Part shown: piece after piece, positions 1 through 14,636 of the stretch
How positions within the stretch are numbered: position 1 is the stretch's first letter
How the letters are laid out: each line of letters begins with the position of its first letter
From: Cycas panzhihuaensis
Lineage: Eukaryota; Plantae; Cycadophyta
Reading direction: 5' to 3'
Length of the DNA stretch: 64,000 bases
Assembly: GCA_023213395.1 (NCBI GenBank)
Contig: CM041465.1
Span: 86,001,741-86,065,740, forward strand
Notes under the pieces: model-generated
Told to the model about the DNA's origin: nothing
Databases searched by the model: none
The model's input: only the letters and a program-made list of their open reading frames with translations
Translations under genes and position numbers: made by a program

Positions 1-226
1 ATGCAAAAAACACCAAAATTTATAGTGGAATGCTCACAAAGAAAAAACCATTTTTAATGTTCCATATAAAAATTTAATATTATTACATCATAATGTATAT
101 TGTCACTATATTATTTTACACAACACATACCAAACATTATAATAACATATAAATAATATTAATTAACATGCTAAATAACTAATGACCTTTTAAAAAGATA
201 ATATTAAAACAATAAACATTCTAGCA
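1..226 (-). repeat. 3' LTR (partial) of Copia 1-6618
   Basis: Aligns by eye with 6354-6618; ends ...ttctagca next to the PPT complement. Confidence 0.85.
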
Positions 227-259
227 TCCCCCCTTAATATTGACCTGGGGAATGAAGAA

Positions 260-3200
260 AAATAGAAGATGTAGAAGGTTCCAACATGTATATTACCAAT
301 AAAGATTTCTGTCACCAGGAGAAGTTGTCACAACTTTCACAAGATTAGCTTTAGTGAGAGTCTTGGTTAGGATATCAACAAGCTATTGATCTATTAAATA
401 ATACAATAATTGAAGAGTGTCTTAACTAACTAAATTGCAAATATAATGTTGATGTAGTTCAAATGCGTAGCTCTAGAATGATAAACAATGTTAGTAGTAA
501 TAGAAATAACAACATAATTATCAACATTTATCTACATAGAAATATGTAATAAAAAGCTAAGTCTATCAAGCAATTATTTAATCCATAAAACTCTTTTATT
601 GGCTTCGACCAAAACATAATACTCAACTCTAGTTGTAAGGTGTAGAAGATCACATTTTCTTACTTATTCAAATAATAGGTATAACATCAAAGAAAAAGAC
701 ATATTGCAATCAATTTTTTTTCATCAATATCACCTATTGAATTTGAATCTATAAAACCAATCAACTAAAATTTATTATTAGTAAAATTATAATTCAAACT
801 ATAATTAATCATACCCTATAGATATTGAAAAAATCTTTTGGTTGTTATCCAATAAGACTCATGAGGTTATTGCATGAAACGTGAATATAAACCAACTACG
901 TAGGAAATATTAAGACATGCATGGATTAAATAAATAAGGCTACTAACTAATTATCTATAAATTGTTGTAACAACTAAAGGTGAAATAAATTTTAGTGTAA
1001 GTTTAATACTAGATCATATAAGGGTGGGTGAAATTTTACATGTTTCCATTTTAAACATATTAAGTAGATCTAAAATATATTTTGGTACAAATATAGAAAC
1101 TCCAAAATTTGTTTGTACAACTTAAATTCTAATAAAGTAATATAGTAGACCTAAATTAGTCATTTATTCGCATTACTCATTAAATTCTTTTTGAGTGAAC
1201 AAATAGATGTAAACATTAAATACCACTAACATTTAGTATTAGAAAAACAATATCATTACATTGTTTTCAAAAATAAAAATTTGAATCACTAATACATCTA
1301 TAAACATTATTGTAAATAAGATATTTGTCAATTTTATCATATCAAATTTTTAGTACTTGTTTTAAACCATATAGAGACTTCTTAAACTTACAAATTAAAT
1401 TTAGATCAATTATATATCTAAGTGGTTGAATGCACTTTACATCCATTTGATAAATTTTCTAACCAAACTTGGCTAATAAAAAAATGACAATTTTAATTAT
1501 ATTCATTTTCACAACAAGGACAAATGATTTATGATAGTCAATACCATTGACTTACAAGAATCCCTTTGCCACTAATCTAGCTTTATGTTTGTCAATAACA
1601 CCATTTGAATCATACTTAGCATAGTAAATCCACTTACAACTACCTAAATTTTTTTCCGATGAGAAGGGGAATTAAATTCAATGTACAATTTAAAATAATA
1701 GAAAACAAAGATAAATATTAATAAGGTGCAAATGTGAACCTTCTTCATCAAACTTGACATTGTATCTAATATAAATGTTCTAAAAAAATGAATCAAAGAA
1801 TATGTACTCTTTACATTCTTTACTATATATTGAAATGTTTGACAATAAATTCCCACTAGAGCAATTTTCTTCAAAAACATTGTTATTAACAACTTTGATA
1901 GAAAAACCATTGAGAAGATAATTGACACAATTTATAATTTTTACACAAAGGTTTAAATACAAATATTTTGAGTATACTATACGTGCCATTTCAACTAAAA
2001 TTTGATTATTTCTTTCTGCAACTTTATTTTATTAAGATGTATATAAAACATAATGCTAAAACCTAAAATTATTATTTTTACCAACTTGAATGAATTGATT
2101 ACTCAAATACTCCTTGGCAATATTAGTTGTGAAGATTTAAATCTTATAATTAGACTAATTTTCAATTAAAGCTTTAAATTTAATGAAACAATTAAATAAC
2201 TCTTTACATTGTTTAATAATATAAATCTAGCATTTCTTTGAAAAATCATCAGTAAAAATGATAAATTATTTGCTTCTAAAGTATGAAAGGACCTAAAATG
2301 GTCCACAAATATCATAGCAAGCTAATTTGTAGAGGTTTTTCTACTCTAAAACTTGATTTATCAAGAAAGGAATTAATATGTCATTTTCTTGAGGCATAGG
2401 TTTCACAAATACCATACATTATGGAGAAGACAAATAAACCATAACTTGTCATAATTGATATGGCCTAAGTGTACACTCCAAAATACATTAATTAAAGTAA
2501 ACTATGCAACATAAAAGCAAATGTAGAAAACAAGTCAAGTCATATAGATTATAAAGACCAATTTCATGGCCTACAAGTCTAGAAGCTAAAACTCTAAATT
2601 TGTTGAAAGGTTGTTTAATAATATATTATCTTTCCAAAATTCAACTACTAAATCTTTTTGACATATCTAATACACTAATAAGATATCAGATAATAATTTT
2701 GAAGCATAATAGATGTCATTGATAAAGGCATTCCTAAGTGAAATTTTTTTTATTTTAATAATTTTAAATTAGGATCCACTCTCAAAGGAAAATTTCTCAC
2801 CTAAGTTGACATTGAGTTCATAATAGGAAAAATATTTATGATGTCTAACTATGTGGTGTAAAATACCAAATTTAGGACATGGAAGAGAAGATGATGTGAA
2901 ATTTGAGAAAGTGAAAGTAGATCCAATCATAAATCCGTGAAATTTTTGTTGAATCCCTTTAAAGACTTTCCATGCCTCAGTGGCAATTCTATTTATGCAA
3001 ACCATTTTAGTATGTTTTTTTGTGTGACAATAACTACATATTTGAAATGTTTGTTGATCAATATTTAAATTTCGGACTTTTTTTTTTATTGAAATTTTAA
3101 AATGACATAGAATTTTACTGTGACAAATAACTCTAAATAAAATGTAAATTAAAATGTCAAAATGGATTGGAATTTGAATTGTTATATATAAGATTAAAAC

Positions 3201-3850
3201 CTCTATTTTACCTTTGAGGTATGGGATTGTTATAAGATTTATTTACATTTTGTGATTATTGTTAATTTTTTCATTGTTAAAATTATTTAAAATGCAAAAG
3301 CAAAGCCTAAGAATGATCTTGCACTTCACTTGTTTGAATTAATATCAATTGATATTTTACCAATTGACTTGTTATTTCATTGAGGGATAGGGCGTGCTGA
3401 CTGCATTCTTATGTAGCAATGTCATACTAATTATATACTCTCAAGTAATTTATGAGCTATAAAACGAACGATTGTGTTATCTTTTGCATATATTTCGATA
3501 ATAATTTCATTGTTTACCAAGGAATTTGATTTAATACAACTCTCTAAACTGATATTAATAAATTAAAGATTGAATGAAAAATTTTCTACCCTAAAAAGGA
3601 CTTCAAATATGAAATCGTACAATTTTTATTTTAATGCAACTACTTGTGTGATATCAACTTTATTATATTTAAATTTAATTTATTCTAAACTTCAACAAAT
3701 TCATCTAAATCAATGAATTGTCGTTGTATGTTAAGAGTAGGGAAGAAATGATTACGTCTAAGGCACCATAACATTTCATTAAATACAACAGATATAATTT
3801 AAATCATCCTCATTGGGTTTCTTAAATTAGCCAATGACATAACTTTATGG
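260..3850 (-). pseudogene. Copia gag-pol pseudogene
   Basis: RT remnant DGVIDKHKARLVAKG (about 1565-1610), RNase H remnant LVDILTK (about 360-385), integrase and CCHC remnants; frame broken by many stops. Confidence 0.8.
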
Positions 3851-4634
3851 GTTTTGTTATTTTAACTAATCAAAAATTTTTACTTTTCAATGGCCATAAT
3901 TTGAGCCAGATAAGAATTTAAATTTTGGATGCGAGGGCCATTCTCAACATAATTACCATTTTTAATGGAGTTTTAAGGTGGCCTTATTCGAAAAATATGC
4001 TCATGTCCTTAATGGATAAATAAAAAGTGGCACACAAAATCAAAATAAGGAGATCAAGACCTTAAACTTCAAAAATTGTCCACTTGATGTCTAAAACAAT
4101 AACGAGCTAATTTTAACACATAATATGAGTATAAGAGTGGCAATTAAGCTTGAAGGTGTGATATTCATTGGAAAATAAAAAGAAAAAAGAAAAAGATCAA
4201 GGATGAGTTGGGAATACCCACAAGGGTTATTAAATCAATGTATTAATGAACATTAAAAAATGTGTGTTTTACTTTAACGTAATAGAACTCATTTTAAAGT
4301 GATTAAATTTTATGATAAGTGAGAAAAGGGTTTGAAAGTGATGGTCAAATTTGCAAAAGGAACTAGTTTTAATAAACATAATAAAAGTACATGTTAAGTG
4401 AATCTGAAAGAGTTACTTATCAAAGGTGGTTTTCTTTTCTTGGTAAATACAAGGGTATGTTTAGTAGACCATAGAGTGGGTGGACTCAAAAGGGTTTTAA
4501 ATGATTGTGAAATGGTGGGACAATTTGGTGAGAGATTGTATGGGGAAGAGAAGGCTAAATTTAACCCCAACTTCACCAAGTAAAAACAAAAATTTTATTT
4601 ATTTGTAAGTTGTTTTGCAAGTCAAACAGCAATG

Positions 4635-4910
4635 GGGAGGTTGGACTACAAATGGTGAAGGTGAACATGGTGTTCAATGGAGGACAAACAATGTGATTAA
4701 GCTACAAGCAGTTGGTTGTTGATGTAGGTAGAGAAAATCTACACATTGGTAGAAAGGAAAATTTTCTATTATGGCACAAGGGGGATTGGACTACAAATGG
4801 TGAAAGAGAATAAGGTGTTCAGTGGAGGACAAACAATGTGATTAAGCTACAAACAATTTGTTATTGATGTAGATAGAGAAGATCTACTCCTTGGTAGGGA
4901 GGAGAACTTC
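4635..4910. repeat. Two-copy ~145-bp tandem repeat in Copia 5' leader
   Basis: ttggactacaaatggtgaa...ggacaaacaatgtgattaagctac occurs at 4641 and again at 4786. Confidence 0.85.
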
Positions 4911-6286
4911 AAGTTTAGAGATGAAATGTTTTTTCTATAAAGTGGAGAATGCTAATGTGCAAGGTTCAAGGAAGAAGTTGTGGACAATTCAAAGGCCAAG
5001 AAGCCATGCCATCCTCCGTCAAAATTTCCAATGAATAGTTATTATGGTTCCCAATGGTTAGAGAATGGTGTCACTTACAACCTATCATTCAATTATTTAA
5101 TAGATATTGCTAAAGAATTATCAAGTTTTATAAGATCAACATGGTCTTCTTGCTTATGCTTCCTATTATCCTTAAAACTTAAATATCTTGCATTTGAAAA
5201 TGAAAGAAAATCATGTCTTTTAAGTTGTTTCTCAGAGCAGCCTCCACTAGAACTATTACAAGTGAAAGCTCTTAAACCAAGATACTCAATATGGAATGAG
5301 GATTCAAACTCAAAAGACATACTCCCAAGTTTAAAGATAAGATTCTATGTTTTTTTTTTTGTTTTTTTAATCAAAAGGCAATACTATGCCATGTTGGAAA
5401 TATGTAGATGTGATAGAACACCATATGACATTATTTTAGAGAATGTTTGTCAAAAAAGAATAATCTTTTTCAAATTTCAATCCAATTAAGCCACAACACA
5501 ATAATCTATCATTGGCCTATCTACTCAATTATTACATGGCAATGAAATTCAAGGAGTTATATGTATCACTATGTAAAGGAGGAAAAAAAACATTTTTCAT
5601 TCAATGATAAGAGTTTGGAACTAAAACAAGCCTCTTCTTGCAAAAAGCAAATTCTTGGCTACACATGCTACAAAAACTTTAACATAAGATCAAAAAATAG
5701 TGATGAATTGAAATCAAATAAAACAACAAATTTCCAAAAGGAAATCATGCTTGAGAATATGAAAAAATCCTTGTGAGTGCATTAATTATGCTAAGAGAAT
5801 AATCCCATGCAAGGGGCTTCTGGAAAACTAGGAGCAGTTGCACTCTAATTTTTGTGGGACAACTCAAGGAAATCATGGCCCATGGGATTTTCCCATTTCC
5901 CCACATTGCGTCTCCCGGCTGCATCTCCACGTGCTCCTATCATTGATTTGTTTCATGTGCTTTAACAGAAAAGGAATCTGGTGGAAAAATCTTTTGACAT
6001 AATAATGTCTCGCCAATCAAATCGTACAAGCAGATAAATTGTACACATATGCAATTTCCGCTCAACTCAACGACACATTTTCTGTCGCTAAAAATTACCA
6101 AAGTTAAGTGATTCTACTTTGAAAATCCCGAAGAAGATTCACTCCTCCAAGCGGGCTCCTATCCACTACATCGAACCAACTATGCCGCAAAAATCTAAAC
6201 CCAAACCCTTGCATGGAACCGCAACATAATCATGCTTAAGAACGCAAAAATCTGTTGGTGACTGAATCAACAATGCGCTAATACCA

Positions 6287-6618
6287 TATTGGATCCATTG
6301 TAGATGAAAAAAATAAAACATGGTAGAAATAAACAAGATCCAATTATATCCACATGAAGAACACCAAAATTTATAGCAAAAACCCAAAAGAGAAAACCCA
6401 CTTTTAATGTTCTATATAGAAATACAATATTATTACATCATGATGCATATTGTCCCTACATTCTCTCAGACATAGAGAATGAGATAAATATATTCATCTG
6501 TTATTTTGAAATAAAAGAATAACAAACTTTATAATAATATATAAATAACATTAATTAATACACTAAACAACTAATGACTTTTTAATAAAACAATATTAAA
6601 ACAATAAACATTCTAATA
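6287..6618 (-). repeat. 5' LTR of Copia 1-6618
   Basis: Adjacent to the PBS; termini decayed from TG..CA to TA..TA; matches 1-226. Confidence 0.8.
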
Positions 6619-6942
6619 CTTTACTAGATGATACAATGGCTAAATCCACTTACGCCAAAAATTGTGAGAAATAAGCTATTTATTTTCCAACATTGGTGCC
6701 CTAATATAAAATGATAAAATTTTGACATATAACTCTTTATTTTTCATAACATATTGACTTCCAACATAATACTTTTACGACAAATCACATCTTTCTATAT
6801 CCTTGCACATGTATGACCCTAAAATGTGAATTTTAACATATTAATGTTGTTTTTTCCTTAATAATTTTTTATCTATAAAGATTATTCCCTTATAATCATT
6901 CCAATCAATCATTGTTGTCACTATCATTCCACTACTCCTTAA

Positions 6943-9840
6943 TGAAGAGAAATAAAACAAGTGCACAAACATCTCTTATACCAAACCATAAACACCTATA
7001 CCACCACATGTTTAGGGTCATACAAGACTATAGAACATAAGACCAAATAGATAAAACAAACAAAAAATAAATATACAAATACATAACACAAATTACTTGA
7101 GAAAAATGACCACTTCCAATTGTATTATGATAAACCAATATATATTTATAATATATATCACCTCCAAGTGTTTCAATCATAATCCAAGAACAACTTAGTC
7201 AATTAATGAACAATTATATAAAGAAATGTGCACTATGACACCGTAGTACACATCAAAGGGATAATTACAACAATTTAATATTCCCATAGATTAATATTAT
7301 CTAACATTCCCCCCTTAGTGTTTAATCCATATCACATAATTATTTAAAATATGATGTCAAATCTATATAAAAGCTAAACATCTAATAGAGCGCATGAGTA
7401 ACCAATCTTCGTACCCTTCAATCCTCTAAAATAACTTTTCTCGTACATGTTTCATCACATTTGCTTGCCAAACAACATTCACCTACCCCCATTATGCTTG
7501 TTTCTAACTCTCTTAACTAAGATCACACTTCTAAGAGAAAAACCAAGCTAAAAAGCTTTACCCCGTCCCTGTTTCAACATAAAACAAACTTGCAAAATTG
7601 GTTATCCAAACAAAATTATGACAAAACATTTTTTATAAGGGCAGGGTCCATTTTAATACCATGTCAAATTAAAGTATGAACTTCATACCATTAAAATTTT
7701 CCTTAAAAAATCTTCAAAACATATTGTGTGACCATTCGTTGGAAAGCCCTACGAATCAACTTCACAACACAATTGACAACCCTCAATTCTGACACCGTAT
7801 AAAAAAGATAGTAGTTTTACTAAGCACAAATACCCTTCCAAGCAAAGTAAAAAAAATAGTCACTTTTTATTTGGTTCCTCGATCACATCACAACATCCAT
7901 ATGATCAAACCGAAGGGCTTGCAAATATGAGGCAATATTATAAAACACTTTAATTTAACCCTACAATGTTTATAACTTTGATTTTATAAAATTCATCCTT
8001 GCCATTTCTCTCCAACTTGTGGGCAGGTGACCTGCATTTGGTGTCCAGTGACTATTGCGTGCCAAATCTTAATGGATTTCTTATTTGGAAAGGTGATTTA
8101 TCATCTGCAACGCAAATCTGATCCATTGCCACCCTTTCATACTATTGGAAACATGCCAAACAATCACCATGAGTCGATGGGAGCCCAACAAATTGCATAT
8201 TTGCCCAATGTGCCAATTGAAGTCACTCAACTTTCAACATAAAATCAATTCACCAAAATAGAGATAGACGCTTCACATAGTAGTCCTCTTACCAGTACAT
8301 CAACTATACATAATGACAACATAATACAAAGATTACACATGGACAAACAATGGCCCAAATCCATGAGGAACCATCCAACCATCAATATTATTGTGCAAAA
8401 CCCTTGAAGCAAATTCAATACACAATTACAATTCTTAAATCAATTTATAAATCTCTATCTTCATTTAATTATCCTTATAATTCGCTCCAATTCAATAGAG
8501 GAGGAGATCTCACTATCACACAACACTTTCACCATCAAACAACGATGTTTCAACCTTCAACTTGCTGACAAAGCAACCCCAACGAACTTGCAAACCCTTG
8601 TTGCGCACACTTCTCGACCTATATAATCTTCACATACACATGCACACGTTCTCTTAATTAGTAAGCTCCACTTTAAAGCCCTAACATCATGAGCCAACGA
8701 ATCATCTGTTGTTACAAACCATGCCACCCTTTCATACTATTGGAAGCATGCCCAACAATCACCACGAGTCGATGGGAGGAGCCCAACACATTGCATATTC
8801 GCCCAATGTGCCAATTGAAGTCACTCAACTTTTAACATAAAATCAATTCACCAAAATAGAGATAGACACTTCACATAGTAGTCTTCTTACCAGTACATCA
8901 ACTATACATAATGACAACATAATACAAAGATTACACATGGAGAAACAATGGCCCAAATCCATGAGGAACCATCCAACCATCAATATTACTGTGCAAAACC
9001 CTTGAAGCAAATTCAATACACAATTACAATTCTTAAATCAATTTATAAATCTCTATCTTCATTTTAAATTATCCTTATAATTTGCTCCAATTCAATAGAG
9101 GAGGAGATCTCACTATCACACAACACTCTCACCATCAAACAACAATTTTTCAACCTTCAACTTGCTGACAAAGCAACCCCAACCAACTTGCAAACCCTTG
9201 TTGCGCACACTTGCTGACGTATATAATCTTCACATACACATGCACAAGTTCTCTTAATTAGTAAGCTCCACTTTAAAGCCCTAACATCATGAGCCAACGA
9301 ATCATCTGTTGTTCCAAACCACGTCACAACACTCTGATCAATTCTAACCAACACAACATAGGGCAAAACCGGGGCCTTCCTACCATATCACTTGTTTTAC
9401 AAGGTGATCAGGCTTATATCTGAAACCCTACTCTCAAACTCAAATGCAACACCTGCATATATATTAATAATAACCAATCCAAAAATGAATTAAAAACAAC
9501 AAACCTACATGAAATTTATGATAACACGTGCTCCAACTAGATTTTCACGCACAAACACTAACATGCTCCAAGCATTGTATGATATGCGAATCGAAACCAT
9601 GCATAACCAACAACAAAATTTCACCTAATAGACAATAAGCTACCCATGTCACTGATCACAAACAAGCATACCTAAAATAAATTCAAAATAAACCATTGAC
9701 AAGTTGACACATTCATAATCTTAGAGCTTAATTGAGATCCAAATAAGCTTAAATGAAGGCTCTGACCAAGCCCAACTCCAATAGACTTAGATCTGATACC
9801 AAATAAAGAGGAATAAAACAAGCACATAAACATCTTGTCC
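6943..9840 (-). mobile_element. Non-autonomous LTR element (Copia-type PBS/PPT, no intact ORF)
   Basis: LTR TG..CA at 6943-7306, PPT complement ttcccccctt at 7307-7316, PBS complement agatctgatacca at 9789-9801. Only ~35 bp of the second LTR survives from 9804 (taaagaggaataaaacaagcac vs tgaagagaaataaaacaagtgcac). Confidence 0.7.
8127..9321. repeat. ~600-bp direct tandem duplication
   Basis: Near-identical copies at 8127-8721 and 8722-9321, both starting tgccaccctttcatactattgg and ending ...caaacca. Confidence 0.95.
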
Positions 9841-12693
9841 ATTATACAATTATATATAATATTCAATTTACCTTTCTAGTCTTTTAAGAGGAATACATCA
9901 TACACCCAATAAACACCCCATACTAACTTTTAAGCCTCCCTTTCTAGTCTTTTAAGATGAATATATCATAAAATCATGCATTGCCACAATGAAAAGATCA
10001 TATGCAATGGGAGTACATATATTGAATGTATTGCAATGGAGATTAAATAATGTTTGAATCCTTCTTGATGATAATGGGCAAAAGAGCACTAACATGGTCT
10101 TAAGTTCAAAGTTGATGAGCTACTTTATAGATGTGAAAGTATATGCTACTTATCGGAACCGAAACTCACAAGAAAGATCAAATCTCTACATTGTTTTGTA
10201 GGAAATGTTTTGACCATAGATCATGACATAGCTGTAGATACAAGTTCAACATAACCATTTCAAGTTACATTATATAGTTAATCACTCCAACATTGATCCA
10301 AACCAATTAATGCTTTTTCTATAGCACCCTCTAATTGGCATGCTCATTTCTAATAGCAAGGACTTTAAGCATAAATCTTATGATTCTTTACATCCATATA
10401 TGTGTTCTTCTCAATGCTTAGATAAATGGATTTTCATTGCAATCTTATCCCCTAGTAACAATCCACTTGAAATTAAAGTCCAATAAATGGACTAGCAATG
10501 CTTGGAAGTTAAGGTAGAGGTCAAGACGACAAGACTTGAGCATCTAGAAAAGAGAACAAATTAACCCTCCAAAGCAACAAGAGAGATTCTCCTCTTGCCT
10601 CTAAAAAGAGCAAAAGAAGTCCCCACCACACTTGAAAAAGATAAGGCAAAGCATTGAAAGCATATGCATTGCCTTACAAAACTTAATTTTAAAAATAAAT
10701 AAAATCAAAATTTGCCATTTGGTAGAATGTTGACCACTAATAGAATCAATCTAATGGCATTGTTAGGTAGGTAATACGTGCAATAGTATTGATGCCAATC
10801 TAATAACATGATGGAGCAAATACTGACAACATCATTAAATACTACTAACAAGCTTTATAGGATAGACAAACAAATTATCAAGTGGTATATTCTTTTGTCT
10901 TCTAACTGGCACACCTACTTTCAAGCCCAAAAAATATTTGTGATATGTGATGCATTATGATTATTATTATAGTTTTGATTAACACAACTATTGGCACTAA
11001 TTTTACAAATTTAACATACAATGTTCCATTTAATAAAACATCATGTTCATCAAACGCATTATTTGTAGCATCATTGAGCTAAACATGAATTTACACGACA
11101 CCTTGTAAATATAAGAATTAGAGCATAATTGAAATGGTTGCATCATTTCTAGGGCAAAACAAAAACAATGACCATAATACACAAAATGCCATGAATTCTC
11201 AAAATGTGCCTAAACACTACATACAACTATAAATTATTTAGATAAATTATGCATGATTAAATTAAAAAAACTTTATTAATAATCCTTTGATATAGTAATC
11301 AAGCTCATATAAAAATATAAAAAAATAGTATGACCAAAAATTTGCCTAAATTTATGACATCCTTACATAAATATAAACATGAAATTTGCAAGCATGCATC
11401 ATACATTTTAGTGCATGTTAACAACCCCTTGACTCGAGATAGGATTGTGCAATCAATCCATAATCAATAAAGTGAACTAGCTCAATAACCCGTGGCTTAC
11501 TTGATCACATCACCAAAAAGCCACCACAATCTAAATTTACAAAATCGTATACTATTTTCTTTTGATCCAAAGTATAGCTTGATTCTTTGATAGGCTTGGC
11601 TCCAATAGATCATTGACGAGATGATGAATTGCAACTTGTTAGGGACTCCATGTGCATGTCTTTGAAAGCTATGCATTCTAAACATGCTTATCTAAATACT
11701 TTCCCAATTCATGGACCTAGCTAATCCCTTCTCAAAAGCCATATTACATAAATTAACATATGCAAATGCTTTGCTTTTTTTAATTTTTCTATTTTGACTT
11801 CACAAATTGACTACTAATTATGTCAATCAAACATGTATATAATTTACATTTTTATTGATAAATTTCACTTAAGTGTATCGCAAAGGGACTCATTCAAATG
11901 AGTTGAAATTGTCAAAACACTAGAAATGCAAAAGTGTCAACATCAAATTTTTAAGACTTCCATCTAATCCACAAACACAATATCTAATTGAAATAATGCA
12001 ATCCCTACAATCTACACCAAGTGGAAACAAAGTTGGGACTTCTTATGCATAGGACATGCAAACAACTTCTACAAAAACTCAAAATGCCTAGGAGTTTGCA
12101 AAACAACACATGTTGTGGTATTTATATATCAAGGTGCCAACTATTATAACAAGGGTAAAATCCTTGGAGTATGCCATAAATGTCCCATAAACTATCATGA
12201 GCAATAAACATGCCAATATCTACAATTATGAGTTACTAAATCTTCCAATCATATATGATTCTATTATTGAAAACTTTATGTGCTATGATACCATCTTGAG
12301 AACAACACATTCACTCTAATAACATGTTAAAAACTACATATGTGTAGAGTTCGAACACCACAATTCCAATGTCCATTTTATTACATCAAATAAAAATACA
12401 TATATACATATATGTATATTAGGTCACTTAAAAAAGATAAAACGCCTAGACAAACTAAAGGTTACAAGACAAATAAATATTTGACACCTATCTATGACAA
12501 CCACAATGACAATGGAGTTAACGATGATTAAAGAGGAGTTACATAGCTCACAAGTGTGCTTACACGCCTGAGTAATAACTCGCTAAAGAAAGAAATCCTT
12601 ACATTTCATGAACACCTATTAATAACACACACTAGACCTCCATCAAAAAGTCATGTTCTAATACATTAATTAAGAGAACATTATACTCTTACG

Positions 12694-13102
12694 TTGCGGT
12701 CCCATGCGGGGGGTTGGACCGCTCATATTGCGGTGCAGGCAATCCCATGCATCATAACAGTGGTCGCTCGTAGGAAAATTACAAAATCTTCATCGAGTTT
12801 TGTGCAGCAGACCCGCTGACTCAACAGGGGTAAATAGGGGGGAGCTGGATTGAGCGGGTGCCGAATAAATGTACAATTTAATACGTGACATTTTCTCCGT
12901 TACTCCTACCATTGCACCTGTTAAATTTGTAATCATTATTTTTTAATTATAAATAAAATAATTTGATTCGATCAATGAAGCGGATAACAACAAAGTGCAT
13001 GGGACCGCAAGATTCAATCATATTCTAAAACTTTTGGCGCAAAAATTGTAGCAGACTTCTACAATTTCTGCGGAGCCCCCCTACATGGGACCGCACTCTT
13101 AA
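12694..13102. mobile_element. MITE-like element, possibly PIF/Harbinger (Tourist)-like
   Basis: Inverted repeats TGCGGTCCCATGCGGGGGG (12695-12713) and CCCCCCTACATGGGACCGCA (13076-13095), with a third internal copy at 12997-13010. Right end runs into ctct-taa; no coding capacity. Confidence 0.6.
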
Positions 13103-13141
13103 CATCCCCTTCCTAGTGCATTCTGAACCACAGCCATACAC

Positions 13142-14512
13142 CTAGTTACAGAAACGATAAAGAAATGGCCAATACCACTTCATATAAGGATTCACAGGGG
13201 TGGGACGGAAAAATATACTCTCCTCGTTTATTTTCCAAATCTTCGTGGAGGTGCGAAGTCGTCTATTGTGTTGTGTAGTTGCTGATAGTGGGTGCCATTT
13301 TACTAAGACCGAGGTTTTAAATCTGACAAAGCACGATCTCTGACTAAATCCTACCAAATGGACTACAAAGATAGGAAGTCCAGTATTGAGCCTGCCAAGC
13401 TGGGTACAACCCCCATGTGGTTCTGACAGATTAGATCCCCTAAATTGGCAGCATACCAGGCCAAAGCAAAGAAGATCCGCCAAAAGCATGTATTCGAAGG
13501 AACGAAAAACAATCACGATGAATTAAAAACAATATCAACGGAAAAAAAAAAAAGGAAGAAGAAAGAAAAAACCCTTGCCTAGGATTTTGGGAACGTTATT
13601 AGGAGATGCCAGGAAAAAGCACCCGTCAAATCAAATAAAATATTCAACAACATTAACTATGTCAAAACCATATTCTCGAGCCCATGCGCTGTCGCGCAGA
13701 GAATAATTAGGCTAAAAAAACTAGCCAAACCCCAACACAGTGTCTGATCCACAAAAAAAGAACCCTCTCCAATCAAAAGTGCATCGAAAGAAATGAATAG
13801 CAGAATGACGTTCCACTATTTCCCAGGGGCATAATAATATGCAATGGGATGCCTAAAACTAGATACATGCACTGAGCACTTAAACTGAAACCGTGCCCTA
13901 AATACACTAACCCTAGGTTGGGAGACTCGACCCTAATTGGGTAAACAGCAGATACACGGAGTTGACATCTAATCTAATTTATTCATTTTAGGAGATCACA
14001 AATACAAATTATATCAAAGGCCATTTTGCATATTTCAGCAAAACTAGTTAACATCAATACATTACGAAGAGAACCTACGATGCTTTCATAAATAACAAAC
14101 AAAACAATATCACCTGCAGAGAGTTTCCCGTGTACACTCTTTTCAGTCCTCATTGATAACAGATATAACGCTTTAGCTGTGGGAAGAAAAGGGATGCGTG
14201 GCGAAGGCAACAGGTTTCGGAGGAATAGGAAAGACTAACATACCTCAGTTTATGACATAACTGAGCTAATGGATGGAGTCTTTACCTTTCCCCCAAACCT
14301 GAAAGCCCTCTGACCACGGAGAGATCCCCTTTTCGAAACCCACATAGTCGTTCGCCGTCGAAGAAATCCGCGTGGATAGAAATGGAAGAGTGAGCGTGTA
14401 GATTGAAAACAGGTGTAGTGAAAGCAATAGGAGCCGAAATGGAAGGAACGGTATCACCTCCAGATGAAATCCGTCCATTCCTTCCATCCCTGAACCCTAC
14501 GAACAAAGCCAT
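13142..14512 (-). CDS. Putative spliced host gene, unknown product (exon 14512-14286, candidate exon 13439-13142)
   Basis: CpG-retaining island. ATG at 14512 (MALFVGFRDG...), donor AAG|GTAAAG at 14285 (phase 2), acceptor TTTAG|G at 13440 in matching phase with ORF 13142-13516, T-rich intron. No recognisable domain; the N-terminus is transit-peptide-like. Confidence 0.4.
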
Positions 14513-14636
14513 ATCTATGCTTGCGAACCCGCAAGGGGTACCCCCTTCTACTCCGATGGCTTCCTGCAACTCTCAAATCCACGCTAGGCTTTCTCATGGT
14601 TTTCCTGCACGGGGGCTAATTAAGAGGGGCTTAGCT

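Larger units (their letters stand above)
1..6618 (-). mobile_element. Degenerate Ty1/Copia LTR retrotransposon (3' LTR cut by window edge)
   Basis: Paired LTRs at 1-226 and 6287-6618. PPT complement tccccccctt-like at 227-235 and Met-type PBS complement gcgctaatacca at 6275-6286. Minus-strand order gag (CSYCHTKKHTKMVC zinc knuckle near 3000-3040), PR, INT, RT, RNase H, with many stops. Confidence 0.88.

Noticed and set aside
4980-5489. 169-aa plus-strand ORF in the Copia leader
   Set aside because: No ATG at the annotated start, no motif, and an AT-rich poly-T composition; likely spurious.
10000-12400. Possible exons or LINE/hAT remnants (donor-like caa|gtaagc near 11499)
   Set aside because: No consistent reading frame or recognisable motif.
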